NCBI GenBank assembly: GCA_964543385.1
Contig: CAZIYE010000001.1
Span: forward strand, 630,001 to 662,000
From: an uncultured Candidatus Saccharibacteria bacterium
Lineage (GTDB): Bacteria > Patescibacteriota > UBA1384 > XYA2-FULL-43-10 > 1-14-0-10-43-13
Length of the DNA stretch: 32,000 bases
Direction: 5' to 3'
Below, one piece after another: positions 1 to 10,956 of this stretch. The translations under genes and the position numbers were made by a program. Position 1 is the first letter of the stretch. Each line of letters starts with the position of its first letter. Below the pieces are notes generated by a model. It worked only from the letters and a program-made list of their open reading frames with translations, had not been told where the DNA came from and searched no databases.

Positions 1-287
1 CTCCATTGTTGGAGATGGTAAAAAGTGGCAATATTGACCGCGACAAGATAAAACCGGAGTTTTCATCCGTGTATGATCAGCTCTCTCTTCAGGTAATTGC
101 CGATATAGATCCATCCGCTGATCTTGCGATACAAGAAGAGCTATTATATTTATTGGGGAGGCAAAAATCAGAGAAAAAGGAAAACATCAAAGAAGAGTTC
201 GCTAGGAAAATCAAAGTAGCCGAACGTGCGGGAGACAAAGAGAAGTTAAGGGAGCTTCTAGTCGAGTTCTCTGCCTTGATAAAGTAG
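1..287 (+). CDS. dnaG: DNA primase DnaG, C-terminal fragment (5' truncated by window edge)
   Basis: Helical C-terminal tail (LLYLLGRQKSEKKENIKEEFARKIKVAERAGDKEKLRELLVEFSALIK) immediately upstream of rpoD, the classic dnaG-rpoD order. The ORF is open to the window edge. Confidence 0.75.
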   Translation, partial: PLLEMVKSGNIDRDKIKPEFSSVYDQLSLQVIADIDPSADLAIQEELLYLLGRQKSEKKENIKEEFARKIKVAERAGDKEKLRELLVEFSALIK

Positions 288-453
288 CACTAAAATGGTA
301 AAGTCAATACTAACTAATAAATAAGAGGGATACTGCGGATCTACGATCTGTTGTCATTCCGGACATGATCCGGAATCTTCAAGTTGTTGCTAGATCTTGA
401 ATCAAGTTCAAGATGACAATGTTTTAGGTCGGAACCTGCGGTTTAGGAGTTTA

Positions 454-1575
454 ATGGCAAAAAAAATTTTTGTTCCCAAGAAGGAAGAAATTCTTACTTT
501 TTCCGAGGCAGTTAATGATCTCTTAATGAAAGGCCGTGCTCACGGCTATATTTCTATGCAAGAGATGATCCAGGCAATATCAGAACCCGAAGAAAATGTC
601 GAAGAGTTGGATATGATTTTCGATTACATGTACCGCAAGGGTATAGAGTTCAAAGAAGAAGTAGAAAAACCAAAAGGAATTTTAGCTTCTGTTATGCAAG
701 CCAAGAAAGAAAAAGGTTTGTTGGAAGAGCTGGGTTTAGGGGATATTGCAGACGACTCGGTCCGAATGTATTTGCGTGAAATTGGCAAGATTAATCTCTT
801 GACGAATGAAGAAGAAGTCAAGCTTGCAAAGAGAGTCGAAAGAGGAGACATCTGGGCTAAAAAAAGATTGGCTGAAGCAAATTTGCGCTTAGTAGTATCA
901 ATTGCGAAAAAATATATTGGTAGAGGACTCTCTCTGCTTGATCTAATCCAAGAAGGGAATACTGGTTTGATGAGGGCGGTGGATAAATTTGACTATCGAA
1001 AAGGGTTTAAGTTTTCGACTTACGCTACCTGGTGGATCAGACAGGCTATTACTCGCGCTATTGCTGATCAAGCTAGAACAATTCGCATTCCTGTACACAT
1101 GATTGAAACTATTAATAAGCTCATTCGAGTTGAAAGACAGCTCGTCCAAGATCTTGGTCGTGAACCTACTCCGGAAGAAATCGCTCAGGAAATGGGTCTT
1201 GATGTAGATAAAGTTGAACATATTATAAAAATCTCTCAAGAAACAGTCTCACTAGAGGCACCGGTTGGCGAAGAAGAAGATTCTAGGCTTGGTGATTTCA
1301 TCGAGGATACTAAACATGTTTCACCTGAAGAGCAGACCTCTCAGACATTGTTAAAAGACAAAATTCAAGAATTCCTAAATGGCTTGCAGCCACGTGAGCA
1401 AAAAATATTGAAAATGCGTTTTGGCCTAGAAGACGGCAGAACTCACACTCTCGAAGAAGTAGGTCAAGAATTCGGAGTTACTCGTGAACGTATTCGACAA
1501 ATTGAGGCGAAAGCTTTGTCGAAATTAAAAAAAGCTGAACGTTCAGCTGATCTCGAAGAATATTTACAGGGGTAA
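454..1575 (+). CDS. rpoD: RNA polymerase primary sigma factor RpoD/SigA
   Basis: Sigma-70 regions 2-4: [63 protein letters not shown]; ...[29 protein letters not shown]. The ORF track starts at 397, but ATG 454 (MAKKIF) preceded by TAGGAG is the likelier start. Confidence 0.97.
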   Translation: MAKKIFVPKKEEILTFSEAVNDLLMKGRAHGYISMQEMIQAISEPEENVEELDMIFDYMYRKGIEFKEEVEKPKGILASVMQAKKEKGLLEELGLGDIADDSVRMYLREIGKINLLTNEEEVKLAKRVERGDIWAKKRLAEANLRLVVSIAKKYIGRGLSLLDLIQEGNTGLMRAVDKFDYRKGFKFSTYATWWIRQAITRAIADQARTIRIPVHMIETINKLIRVERQLVQDLGREPTPEEIAQEMGLDVDKVEHIIKISQETVSLEAPVGEEEDSRLGDFIEDTKHVSPEEQTSQTLLKDKIQEFLNGLQPREQKILKMRFGLEDGRTHTLEEVGQEFGVTRERIRQIEAKALSKLKKAERSADLEEYLQG

Positions 1576-1624
1576 TATAGAATATTATAAATTATAGCCA
1601 GAGAAATTAGGTTAATATCTTTTC

Positions 1625-2362
1625 ATGTCTATTAACGATATTAGGGGCAAAAAAGTTTTAATCACTGGCGGCACTACTGGTATCGGTCGTGCAACGGCTG
1701 TGTTGTTGGCAAAAAATGGCGCCGATGTATTTATATTTGGTCGTCATCAGAATTTTCTGGATGAAGCTCTTTTTGATATTAGAAGAATTGCAAAGAGAGA
1801 AGTATCCGGTATGGTTGCGGATGTGGCTGACCATGAATCGATAAAAAGAGTTTTTACAAATATAAAAGAACTCTGGGGCAAGATTGATGTTCTGGTAAAT
1901 AACGCTGCTCTTCCAGCCGAAAGCGTTAATAATTCTGATTACGAATATGTCCAATATGTAATCAAAGTAAATATTGCAGGATATCTTCTCTGCTCAAAAT
2001 TAGCGCTCGAGGTTATGCTGCCATCTCGTAGTGGTCACATTATAAATATTGGTTCTATGAGCGCGGAGTCCAGAGAGGGCGGGGATGATCTTTATGTTAC
2101 AACAAAGTCAGCAATTTTAGGTTTTAACGAATCTTTGAGAAAGACAGTCAATCGTAAGGGAATAAAAGTTTCTCTTATCGAACCGGGATCGGTTGGCACT
2201 AATATGATAAGCGAGTCATCAATCCAGCAAGAAAAAAAGGAGTCCGCCGGAGAGATGCTTAAGGCGGAGGATGTTGCAGAGTGCATAATATTTTGTCTGA
2301 ACAGACCAAGTCGTTGCGATATTGTAGAGATACAGGTAAAACCAAGCCATCAAATTATCTAA
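1625..2362 (+). CDS. SDR family NAD(P)-dependent oxidoreductase
   Basis: Rossmann motif GGTTGIGRATAVLLAKNGA, NNAA, catalytic S-Y(v)xxxK region (STKSAILG variant). Confidence 0.85.
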   Translation: MSINDIRGKKVLITGGTTGIGRATAVLLAKNGADVFIFGRHQNFLDEALFDIRRIAKREVSGMVADVADHESIKRVFTNIKELWGKIDVLVNNAALPAESVNNSDYEYVQYVIKVNIAGYLLCSKLALEVMLPSRSGHIINIGSMSAESREGGDDLYVTTKSAILGFNESLRKTVNRKGIKVSLIEPGSVGTNMISESSIQQEKKESAGEMLKAEDVAECIIFCLNRPSRCDIVEIQVKPSHQII

Positions 2363-2394
2363 CAACCGAAGATATATAACGCTATTCGTTATAT

Positions 2395-2679
2395 TTATAT
2401 CAATTTCACCGGAGGACGGTTTGATTGTCCACTATTTTCGGTGGATTGAGCAGGCGGCATATTCCAAATGATCCCGTCGTCTACACTAGTATCGGTTACG
2501 CTGCTGTCAGAATAATCCATGATTTTATCATCAATTGCTGTGTCCTGTATTTCCCGCTTCAATACATTCTTTACTGCCAACAGACTGAATAAATTAACTA
2601 ACAACACAGAGAAGATCAAGGCTGCATTTATACTGCTGATAATTTTAAAAGTTTTGTTTTTTGGCACTGATTTATTCAT
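2395..2679 (-). CDS. Small single-TM hypothetical protein
   Basis: 94 aa ORF with N-terminal hydrophobic segment IISSINAALIFSVLLVNLFSLLAV and low-complexity acidic/Ser tail. Confidence 0.45.
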   Translation of the reverse strand: MNKSVPKNKTFKIISSINAALIFSVLLVNLFSLLAVKNVLKREIQDTAIDDKIMDYSDSSVTDTSVDDGIIWNMPPAQSTENSGQSNRPPVKLI

Positions 2680-2884
2680 TAGAAATTGCTCTCATTGTAA
2701 CTATATTTTAACTATGTACAAGGAAGTTTAAATTTTTCCTGTTTCAGATTCACTGTAACTATATCCAAATAGATGAATCTTTTTGAGCTTTATTTTGTTA
2801 GAAACAATGATATGACTATTTTACGTTTAATTTTCCTCGCCAATTTGTTATAATAGCTATCGTTCATTAAATATTCGGAGAAGT

Positions 2885-3802
2885 ATGGATAACGTCATCG
2901 AAGTAAAAGATCTTATAAAAAAGTATGGCAAATTTACTGCTGTTAATGGTATTTCATTTGCAGTGAAAAAAGGGGAAATATTTGGCCTTCTGGGGGAAAA
3001 TGGTGCCGGCAAGACTACAACATTGGAAATAATCGAGGGATTACGTAGTAAGACGTCGGGGGAAATAAAAGTTCTGGGTCATGAGATTTCAGATTTTGCG
3101 GATGATGAAGTCAAAGAGAGGATAGGCGTCCAGCTCCAATCGTCGGCATATTATAACTTTTTGACCCTTAAAGAAATTTTGGAATTATTTGGTGGTTTCT
3201 ATAATAAAAGACTTGCACCCGATGAACTTCTCGAAATGGTCAATCTTAAATTCAAAGAAAATGCCTTAGTTAAGGATCTCTCCGGAGGACAACGTCAACG
3301 TTTTTCAATTGTTGCGGCCTTGGTAAATGACCCTGATATAGTTTTCCTTGATGAGCCGACTACGGGTCTTGATCCAATTGCTAGACGCAAGCTTTGGGAT
3401 ATCATCGTAAAAATTAAGAAACAGGGCAAGACCATAATCATTACGACTCATTATATGGAAGAGGCAGAAGTTCTCTGCGATCGTATTGCCATTATGGATA
3501 AAGGAAAAGTCCTAAAAATGGGCGAGACTCACAAACTGATTGAAGGCACAAAAAACCCGTATAAGATAAGTTTTGTTTTGGAAAAACCCAATGAAAAGGA
3601 AACGGAGTCTTTGAGGAAATTTGGAGAATTAGAAAATCTAGCTGGAAAATCAAATCACTTCGAGATGCATCTCAAAAACCAAGAAAATGTTAATAAATCA
3701 ATTCAGATAATACATAAGTTGAACCCTGAATCTTTGACGGTTGGCAGGGCTTCGCTTGAAGATTTGTTTGTGGAATTAACCGGTAAAAATATCGAGGAGT
3801 AA
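2885..3802 (+). CDS. ABC transporter ATP-binding protein (DrrA/CcmA-like)
   Basis: Walker A GENGAGKTT, signature LSGGQRQRFS, Walker B DIVFLDEPTTGLDP, H-loop THYMEEAE. Confidence 0.95.
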   Translation: MDNVIEVKDLIKKYGKFTAVNGISFAVKKGEIFGLLGENGAGKTTTLEIIEGLRSKTSGEIKVLGHEISDFADDEVKERIGVQLQSSAYYNFLTLKEILELFGGFYNKRLAPDELLEMVNLKFKENALVKDLSGGQRQRFSIVAALVNDPDIVFLDEPTTGLDPIARRKLWDIIVKIKKQGKTIIITTHYMEEAEVLCDRIAIMDKGKVLKMGETHKLIEGTKNPYKISFVLEKPNEKETESLRKFGELENLAGKSNHFEMHLKNQENVNKSIQIIHKLNPESLTVGRASLEDLFVELTGKNIEE

Positions 3803-3803
3803 A

Positions 3804-4889
3804 ATGTTCAAATTATTTATACCCAATTTAAAAATGTTATTTAGGAATTCTCAATCTGCTTTTTGGGCGTTGATGTTTCCTCTGATGTTCACCTTTATTT
3901 TTGGTTTCTTTTTTGGTAAAAATTCGACTACTGGTAATATAATTTTGATAAATCAGTCTGATACAGAGATTTCCAAAACCTTAGAAAAAACTTTAACGGA
4001 TGCCAATCTGTTTAAAGTTGATACAAGCTACACTGATATAGAGAAAGCGAGAGACCAGGTTGAGAAGGGCAAGGTCGCAGCTACCTTGGTGATTCCTCAG
4101 AATTTTGGGGAGATGACTCCAGGTGCTCCAAAAACCCTAAATGTGATCGAAGACCCGGCTAATACAACGACCAATGCGGTTCTTTTGGGATTCTTGGATA
4201 AGTTCAATACAAATTTAACTTTCCAATTAAACAAGATTGAAGCCCCGGCTTTTTCTGTTCACGAAGAAAAGACTAATACCAGAAATCTTGGTTATTTCGA
4301 TTTTGTTCTGGCTGGTCTTCTGGGACTGGCGCTGATGAACGCTTCAATAGTCGGAATCGCTGTCGGTATGTCTAAATATCGTGAAGACAAAATCTTTAAA
4401 CGTCTGACAACGACGCCAATGAAATCTTGGTGGTTTATAGTAAACGAAGTATTGTCCAGATTGGTTTTGAATTTTCTTCAGGTCAGTATCATATTGGCTG
4501 TCGGCAGATTTATATTTGATGCTCATATTTATGGCAATTATTTTGTCATATATGCGCTAGCTCTACTAGGTGGGATCTTGTTCCAACTCCTAGGTTTCGC
4601 TATTGCTAGTATCGTCAAAACTACCGATGCAGCCCAAGGTGCAGCCATGGCTATCACCATACCGATGATGTTTTTGGGTGGAGTATTTTTTCCTATAGAT
4701 GGTTTGCCAAACTGGCTTTTCTCTATAGTACAATATCTGCCGATCGCACCGCTTCTAAGAATGCTTAGAGGAGTCGTCTTGGAGGGCAATTCACCATTTG
4801 ATAACCCTATAAATATTATTATTGTTTTGAGTTGGATCGTTGTATGTCTATTTTTTGCAAGCTGGAAATTCAGGCTCAATGAGGAATAA
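3804..4889 (+). CDS. ABC-2 type transporter permease
   Basis: Immediately follows the ATPase gene. MFKLFIPNLKMLFRNSQSAFWALMFPLMFTFIFGFFFGK and C-terminal ABC-2 membrane block (MFLGGVFFPIDGLPNWLFSIVQYLPIAPLL). Confidence 0.93.
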   Translation: MFKLFIPNLKMLFRNSQSAFWALMFPLMFTFIFGFFFGKNSTTGNIILINQSDTEISKTLEKTLTDANLFKVDTSYTDIEKARDQVEKGKVAATLVIPQNFGEMTPGAPKTLNVIEDPANTTTNAVLLGFLDKFNTNLTFQLNKIEAPAFSVHEEKTNTRNLGYFDFVLAGLLGLALMNASIVGIAVGMSKYREDKIFKRLTTTPMKSWWFIVNEVLSRLVLNFLQVSIILAVGRFIFDAHIYGNYFVIYALALLGGILFQLLGFAIASIVKTTDAAQGAAMAITIPMMFLGGVFFPIDGLPNWLFSIVQYLPIAPLLRMLRGVVLEGNSPFDNPINIIIVLSWIVVCLFFASWKFRLNEE

Positions 4890-4984
4890 AAATCAGAGAT
4901 AGTTTCTCTGTCTGTAAGTAGTTCTATTGAATAAAATCTTGAATCAGATTAGATGGATAATACCAGATAAAAAGCGAGGTATTA

Positions 4985-5413
4985 ATGAAGTTCAAGATTT
5001 ATGTTTATGCACTCATCCTTTTCGATCACGAGGATAAAATACTCTTGCGCCATAAAAAAGATAGTAATCTATATCATCTTCCTGGTGTAGAAGTAATTAT
5101 TGGTCAATCAGCAGAAAAATGTCTCAAAACTTATCTAGACGACCAACTGAAAATTGTGTCCTCCGATCTATTTTTTATCGGAACCATGGAAGAAATTAAT
5201 GAGAATGATCATATCTACGCTTTGTTCTTTAAGGCCACTCAATTAGAGGACATATTATCTTTGCCAAATGATGACTTTATTTATGAATGGAAAAATATCC
5301 CGTTACCGAAAGATTTAAAATCCGATCCTGAGTATTTGAAAGAAGACCTATCACGATGGTTAAAAGGCAAGGCAATTTTCCTATCAACAGAAAACAGAGC
5401 GTTCTCCATGTAG
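4985..5413 (+). CDS. Nudix-fold-like protein with degenerate Nudix box
   Basis: KFKIYVYALILFDHEDKILLRHKKDSNLYHLPGVEVIIGQSAEKCLKTYLDDQL: Nudix-like start, but the REUxEE core is replaced. Confidence 0.6.
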   Translation: MKFKIYVYALILFDHEDKILLRHKKDSNLYHLPGVEVIIGQSAEKCLKTYLDDQLKIVSSDLFFIGTMEEINENDHIYALFFKATQLEDILSLPNDDFIYEWKNIPLPKDLKSDPEYLKEDLSRWLKGKAIFLSTENRAFSM

Positions 5414-5439
5414 CGCTGCCATATGTTTTGTTTGGGTAA

Positions 5440-5814
5440 TTAGTTTCTCCAAAGACCGTGTAGGTTGCAATAGGCTCTAATAGTATAAGGATTAGACAAT
5501 TTCTCAAATTTTGCTTCGGGCTTATCTCCCGGCTTTAGGAAATGGCGGATTGATTTGTCATTGCATATCAATTCTATCCATTCAATATAGTGTGCTTCCT
5601 CCATTGGATGTAAGATTTCACCAACTCTAACAATTATTTCATCTCCTTTTTCTTCAACAATTGGTACATGTTTCTCTTTGGCAGCATCGACAGAATTTTC
5701 CTTCACTAGCTTCATCTCTTCGCCACAGCATATTAAAGAGCCGGCGCCACCATGAACCATGCTAACTATATTGCCGCAAATATTGCAACGATAGATCTCA
5801 TTTATCTTTGTCAT
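5440..5814 (-). CDS. dfx: Desulfoferrodoxin / superoxide reductase
   Basis: CNICG...CCGEEM rubredoxin-like site and HPMEEAHYIEWIEL ... CNLHGLW SOR centre. Confidence 0.9.
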   Translation of the reverse strand: MTKINEIYRCNICGNIVSMVHGGAGSLICCGEEMKLVKENSVDAAKEKHVPIVEEKGDEIIVRVGEILHPMEEAHYIEWIELICNDKSIRHFLKPGDKPEAKFEKLSNPYTIRAYCNLHGLWRN

Positions 5815-5826
5815 AGTTTTCCTTTT

Positions 5827-6096
5827 TTAATCTTCTTTACCCCAATATTTCTCTGCTTCATCTTCCATTTTTTCCAGCCTGTCGTAATAGTCAGGAAATT
5901 CTTTAAGATGGGCCAAAGCGATTTTTCCAGTTGTCAAAGGATCGTCATTGGAAACGTTGGTTTCAACGTCTCTCAATCCGTGTTCTAGCTCTACGTTCAT
6001 ACCTTGTCTAAATTGATCGACATCGAATTGGTCCCAAGTTATGCCAAGCTTTTCGCCGACTTCTTTTGCATCCTCGGCAGAGAATTTATTTTCCAT
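5827..6096 (-). CDS. DUF5661-like protein
   Basis: LGITWDQFDVDQFRQGMNVELEHGLRD...TTGKIALAHLKEFPDYYDRLEKMEDEAE pattern recalled from DUF5661 proteins. Same strand as and adjacent to the SOR gene. Confidence 0.7.
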   Translation of the reverse strand: MENKFSAEDAKEVGEKLGITWDQFDVDQFRQGMNVELEHGLRDVETNVSNDDPLTTGKIALAHLKEFPDYYDRLEKMEDEAEKYWGKED

Positions 6097-6278
6097 ACGA
6101 TCTCCTTATATTAAATTGACCTAGTATTAATATAACAAATTAAATGGTTATCTTTCTAGCCTAGCAATCATCATCTATCTAATATGTTCTAAACAACAAT
6201 GAATTCACTTCTCGACAGTGATATATTAATATTGCCTTCCAAATTGGGAAAAGGCGATAGCGCTGCTAATTCATTAAA

Positions 6279-6464
6279 ATGAGTATAAATATGCCTAAAT
6301 ATGTTTGTGCAAATGATGACGACTTCGCATCAACCAGTGATGCAACAGCCATGGAACATCTTGAGAACAATCCAGATCATAAACTAGTGAGGATAGACAG
6401 AGACGCCTATACCGGGAATGTGGAGACGATGTTGATAGACATCCATAGCTCTGACGTTAAATAG
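6279..6464 (+). CDS. Small hypothetical protein
   Basis: 61 aa ORF, low support. Confidence 0.35.
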   Translation: MSINMPKYVCANDDDFASTSDATAMEHLENNPDHKLVRIDRDAYTGNVETMLIDIHSSDVK

Positions 6465-6555
6465 TGAATTAACATTATAATGACGGATTTTCGCGGAGTA
6501 GATGATAGTTATCTACTCTATTTGACAAAGCCAAAGTAACCCATTATGATGTCTT

Positions 6556-6576
6556 TATACCTATACCATAGGTATA
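6556..6576. promoter_or_regulatory. Probable CsoR operator (TATACCTA-taccA-TAGGTATA)
   Basis: Perfect 8-5-8 inverted repeat TATACCTATACCATAGGTATA directly upstream of the csoR-like ORF. ATACC/GGTAT half-sites resemble known CsoR boxes. Confidence 0.75.
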
Positions 6577-6603
6577 CGTATTAAATACTAATTGGAGATC
6601 AAA

Positions 6604-6876
6604 ATGGACAGTAAGCATGAAAAAACGATAATCAATTTCAAGAAGGCTCGTACACATGTGGATAAGATTATTAAGATGATTGAAGAAGGTGAATATTGTA
6701 TCGACGTGATGCAGCAAAATCTTGCCGTCATTGGTCTTTTAAAATCGGCCCATCAGATGTTAATGGAAGGACATCTAAATACCTGTTTTAAAAATGCAAT
6801 GAAGACAAACAATGAGGAAAGAAAACAGAAAATGATCGAAGAGATTCTCAAAGTATCGAAACTAGCAAACAAATAA
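6604..6876 (+). CDS. csoR: CsoR/RcnR-family metal-sensing repressor
   Basis: DUF156-type helices with YCIDVMQQNLAVIGLLKSAHQMLMEGHLNTCF (C...H...C copper-sensing ligands). Track start is TTG 6592; ATG 6604 more likely. Confidence 0.88.
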   Translation: MDSKHEKTIINFKKARTHVDKIIKMIEEGEYCIDVMQQNLAVIGLLKSAHQMLMEGHLNTCFKNAMKTNNEERKQKMIEEILKVSKLANK

Positions 6877-6884
6877 GAGGATTC

Positions 6885-8243
6885 ATGAATAAAACAATAG
6901 TTCCAATTCGGGGGATGCATTGCCGGTCATGTGAGATTTTAATTGAAGAAAAACTCAAGGAATTGCCGGAGATTAAAAGCGTCCAGATAAATTACAAAAA
7001 GAAGCAAGCTATTATTTACTCAAAAGGTGAACTTGATTTAAATACAGTCAAACTATCTATAGAAGAAGCTGGCTATGAAGTTGGCGGCGATGATAGCAAA
7101 AACTGGATTAGTAGGGATCTGACAGTTTATAAGGACATTCTGATTTCCTTAATGATTTTGCTGGGTATATATTTCTGGTTTAGGATTTTGAATATCTCTG
7201 GCTTTGGTGGAGGGAATGTTAGTAATCCATCAAATCTCTTTGTCGTCCTAATGATTGGATTAACTGCAGGTATCTCAACCTGTATGGCTCTAGTTGGTGG
7301 ATTAGTTCTTGGGATCTCAGCTAGGTATTCAGAAAAACATCCCGAAGCTTCGCCAACACAGAAATTTCGGCCTCATATATTCTTCAATATTGGGAGAGTC
7401 GTTTCCTTCTTTATCTTCGGAGGCCTTATTGGCTTGATAGGTAATGTTTTTCAATTAAATGGTCTTGCTTTGGGTATTATGACTATTGCTGTTGGTATTA
7501 TCATGCTAGCCCTCGGTCTGCAATTAACGGAATTGTTCCCAAAATTATCAAACGGAGGGATTACTCTTCCTTCTGGCATTAGTAAATTTCTTGGAATAAA
7601 AAAACACCATGTAAAAGAATACAGTCATTGGAATTCTGCACTTGTTGGTGCATTGACTTTCTTCTTACCATGCGGTTTTACTCAGGCAATGCAGGTCTAT
7701 GCAATCAGTACTGGAAATCTTTGGTCTGGCGCATTGATCATGGCTATTTTCGCTATCGGCACAACTCCGGGATTATTAAGCATAGGAGGACTAACTTCAT
7801 TTATGAAGGGTTCCTTTGCAAAAAAGATCTTCAAATTTGTCGGAGTTGTCGTTGTAATTTTAGCATTGTTTAATATCAACAATGGCTACAATCTAACCGG
7901 TTGGAAAATCGGTTTTAGTGAAAGTAATATTTCTAGCTCTGCAGATCCCAACGTAACAATAGAAAATGGTGTGCAAGTTGTCCGGATGACACAAGTATCA
8001 AACGGTTATAAGCCGAATAAAGTTACAATCCAAAAGGGGATGCCGGTGAAATGGATTATTAAGGCAACTGATCTTAATTCATGCTCTTCTAGTATTTTAG
8101 TTTCAAAACTTAACATTAAGAAATATCTAACAATTGGCGATAATATTTTTGAATTTACACCGAAAGAAACTGGAGAAATTAAGTTCACTTGTGCGATGGG
8201 GATGTACCCTAGTAAATTTATTGTAATTGAGGATGGCAAATGA
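6885..8243 (+). CDS. HMA - TauE/SafE (UreH/DsbD-like) membrane - cupredoxin fusion protein
   Basis: N-terminal GMHCRSC metal-binding domain, multi-TM middle ([34 protein letters not shown]), C-terminal cupredoxin-like domain ending TCAMGMY. Confidence 0.88.
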   Translation: MNKTIVPIRGMHCRSCEILIEEKLKELPEIKSVQINYKKKQAIIYSKGELDLNTVKLSIEEAGYEVGGDDSKNWISRDLTVYKDILISLMILLGIYFWFRILNISGFGGGNVSNPSNLFVVLMIGLTAGISTCMALVGGLVLGISARYSEKHPEASPTQKFRPHIFFNIGRVVSFFIFGGLIGLIGNVFQLNGLALGIMTIAVGIIMLALGLQLTELFPKLSNGGITLPSGISKFLGIKKHHVKEYSHWNSALVGALTFFLPCGFTQAMQVYAISTGNLWSGALIMAIFAIGTTPGLLSIGGLTSFMKGSFAKKIFKFVGVVVVILALFNINNGYNLTGWKIGFSESNISSSADPNVTIENGVQVVRMTQVSNGYKPNKVTIQKGMPVKWIIKATDLNSCSSSILVSKLNIKKYLTIGDNIFEFTPKETGEIKFTCAMGMYPSKFIVIEDGK

Positions 8244-10585
8244 AAGTAAATATATCTATATCGGGCATGCACTGTGCTTCTTGTGCTTCTCTGATAGAAG
8301 AGGCACTTAAAAAAAATGTTGGAGTTAAGCAAATCATTGTCAACTTTGCGGCCGAAAAGGCCTCCGTTATTTTCGATGATGATCAAACAAATATAGATAA
8401 TATATTAGCTATAATAAAAAAATCTGGATACGACGCCGTGTTAACCAATGAAGGTAATATCAGATCGGACGATAAAAAAAAGCAACAAGAAATTGATAGA
8501 TGGTGGGGAAAGTTTATTTTTGGATTAACTTTTTCTATCCCAATGCTATATTTTATGATTCTTGATTTCTTCCCAGATCTCCCGGGAGGAAATTTATTGC
8601 CTCCATATTTTGGGATTATCTCGCTTATTCTAACCGTTCCTATTCAATTTATTATTGGAGCCGGATTCTATAAGGGCATGTGGTCAAGTCTCAAGATGAG
8701 GACATTTAACATGGACTCATTGATTGCTATTGGTACCTCGACTGCTTTTTTCTATAGTTTGATAAATTTCATACTATATATGATTTACAAAGGCTCAATC
8801 TTGGGCTTAGATGGAACAAAGATTTCAGATCTATATTTTGAGACTGCAGCATTTCTGATTACATTTGTTGTCTTGGGAAAGTGGCTTGAGGCTAAAGCCA
8901 AAGGCAAAACTAGCGATGCAATTAAGAAATTAATGGGTTTGCAAGCTAGAAACGCAAGAGTAATCCGTGATGGCAAGACTCTCAATATTGAAATTGATGA
9001 AGTAATTCACGGAGATATTATTTTGGTCAGACCCGGCGAGAAAGTGCCTGTTGATGGTGTTATTACCAAAGGATTCTCTGCTCTGGATGAATCCATGGTT
9101 ACTGGAGAAAGCTTGCCGGTTGAAAGGCGGGTTGGAGATAAAGTAATAGGTGCTACTCTTAATAAAACTGGTAGTTTTGAATTTGAGGCTACTAAGATCG
9201 GCGCAGAAACTACTTTATCTCAAATTATCCGTTTGATTGAAGAAGCGCAAGGTTCAAAAGCCCCGATTCAAGCCTTTGCTGACAGAATTTCCTCTTGGTT
9301 TGTACCGGTAGTTATTAGTTTGGCAATCATAACTTTAATAGTTTGGTTGCTATTAGGTGCAGGACTTCCTTTTGCTCTGATGGCTTTTACCGCTGTTATT
9401 GTGATTGCTTGTCCTTGTGCACTTGGTCTTGCTACTCCGACTGCAATTATGGTCGGAACAGGTAAAGGCGCAGAGCATGGTATTCTAATAAAGGGCGGTG
9501 AGCCGCTAGAGGCTGCCGAAAAAATTAAGGCAATAGTTTTTGATAAAACAGGCACTCTAACAAATGGTAAGCCTGAGGTTACTAATATCTTATCTTCCTC
9601 TAGTACTGATGAAGACGACATACTCCAAATTTCCGCTTCCTTAGAAAAATCCTCAGAGCATCCTTTGGCTGAAGCTATTTATAGTTATGCCAATGAAGAA
9701 GGAATTAAACTTGATGAAGTTACTGATTTCAAGGCAATCCCCGGTCATGGTGTCGAAGGCAAGATAAATGGTAAAAAATATTTCTTTGGAAACCGAAGAC
9801 TTGCTACAGATGTTGTTGGTCTAGATATTAGTAAGATCAATCGCAAGATGTCAAGAATCGAAGAAGATGGTAAAACTGTAATGATTTTAACCTCTAAAAA
9901 AGAAATCCTAGGTTTGATAGGTGTAGCTGATACAGTCAAAGAGACTTCGAAAGAAGCTGTAGAAAAACTCAAAAAGATGGGTATCGATGTTTGGATGATT
10001 ACCGGTGATAATCAGCGAACTGCTAATGCAATCGCTAAGGAAGTTGGCATTACCAATATTCTTGCTGAAGTGCTTCCTGAGGACAAAGCCAACGAAGTCA
10101 AAAAACTTCAGGAAAGTGGCAAAATTGTGGCAATGGTCGGAGATGGTATTAACGACGCCCCTGCTCTGGCTCAAGCCGATCTTGGTATTGCTATGGGCTC
10201 TGGTACTGATGTAGCCATAGAAGCCGGTGGCATTGTTATTATTAAGAACGATCTAAGAGATGTGGTAAAAGCGATTGAACTTTCCAGAGAAACTATGGGC
10301 AAAGTCCGCCAGAATATGTTTTTTGCTCTTTTTTATAATGTGATTAGTATTCCTATTGCCGCCAGAGTTTTTGTTGACTTGGGTCTTATATTAAAGCCTG
10401 AGCTAGCTGGTTTAGCCATGGCAATGAGCTCAATTTCTGTCGTCTCGAACTCGATATTGCTTAGAGGTTTCAGGCCTCATAAAAAAAACTGGCTCTCCAC
10501 TATTGCTCCAATAATTATGACTTTCGTATTTACTATATTGTTTCTGTGGTTCGCTCGTCTTAGCTCTGAAATGTCAGGAAAATAG
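8240..10585 (+). CDS. copA: Copper-translocating P-type ATPase CopA
   Basis: N-terminal HMA GMHCASC; TGES; CPC motif [15 protein letters not shown]; DKTGTLT; [24 protein letters not shown] overlap with the preceding gene. Confidence 0.95.
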   Translation: MKVNISISGMHCASCASLIEEALKKNVGVKQIIVNFAAEKASVIFDDDQTNIDNILAIIKKSGYDAVLTNEGNIRSDDKKKQQEIDRWWGKFIFGLTFSIPMLYFMILDFFPDLPGGNLLPPYFGIISLILTVPIQFIIGAGFYKGMWSSLKMRTFNMDSLIAIGTSTAFFYSLINFILYMIYKGSILGLDGTKISDLYFETAAFLITFVVLGKWLEAKAKGKTSDAIKKLMGLQARNARVIRDGKTLNIEIDEVIHGDIILVRPGEKVPVDGVITKGFSALDESMVTGESLPVERRVGDKVIGATLNKTGSFEFEATKIGAETTLSQIIRLIEEAQGSKAPIQAFADRISSWFVPVVISLAIITLIVWLLLGAGLPFALMAFTAVIVIACPCALGLATPTAIMVGTGKGAEHGILIKGGEPLEAAEKIKAIVFDKTGTLTNGKPEVTNILSSSSTDEDDILQISASLEKSSEHPLAEAIYSYANEEGIKLDEVTDFKAIPGHGVEGKINGKKYFFGNRRLATDVVGLDISKINRKMSRIEEDGKTVMILTSKKEILGLIGVADTVKETSKEAVEKLKKMGIDVWMITGDNQRTANAIAKEVGITNILAEVLPEDKANEVKKLQESGKIVAMVGDGINDAPALAQADLGIAMGSGTDVAIEAGGIVIIKNDLRDVVKAIELSRETMGKVRQNMFFALFYNVISIPIAARVFVDLGLILKPELAGLAMAMSSISVVSNSILLRGFRPHKKNWLSTIAPIIMTFVFTILFLWFARLSSEMSGK

Positions 10586-10956
10586 GTAACCAACGCTTTT
10601 TTAGAATTGAAAGATTAGCCATGGTGATACCAACTTTTTCCGATAATTCCGTTACGCGCATTTTGCGCATAGCTAACATGATATCAACATTTATTATTAT
10701 CGCCATTTTTCTCCTTAAACCGTCAATAGAGTGATTAGAGTTTAAATTTGAACACTAGTCAGTAAATGTATGCTAAGTATTTGTTATTCATCTCTGAATA
10801 TGTTATTACAAAGTTAATCGGTTTTAATACTCCTGTCCTGCCCTTGGGGTACAATAAAAGGAATCCGATCTCGAAAATCAAGGGCCCCAAACTATTCATA
10901 ATCCCTTATGGGAGGTCGGGTTGAATAGTCTATCAATCTAACATCTTTGGAGAGTT

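Noticed and set aside
624-1239. Antisense ORFs on the minus strand within rpoD
   Set aside because: They lie entirely opposite a highly conserved sigma factor gene, have no SD and no recognisable protein pattern.
2697-2770. Direct repeat TGTAACTATAT occurring twice upstream of the ABC transporter
   Set aside because: Only 11 bp and AT-rich; expected by chance in this composition, and there is no regulator to link it to.
8785-10214. Several ORFs overlapping copA on both strands
   Set aside because: Shadow ORFs of a clearly coding P-type ATPase; sequences show no domain features.
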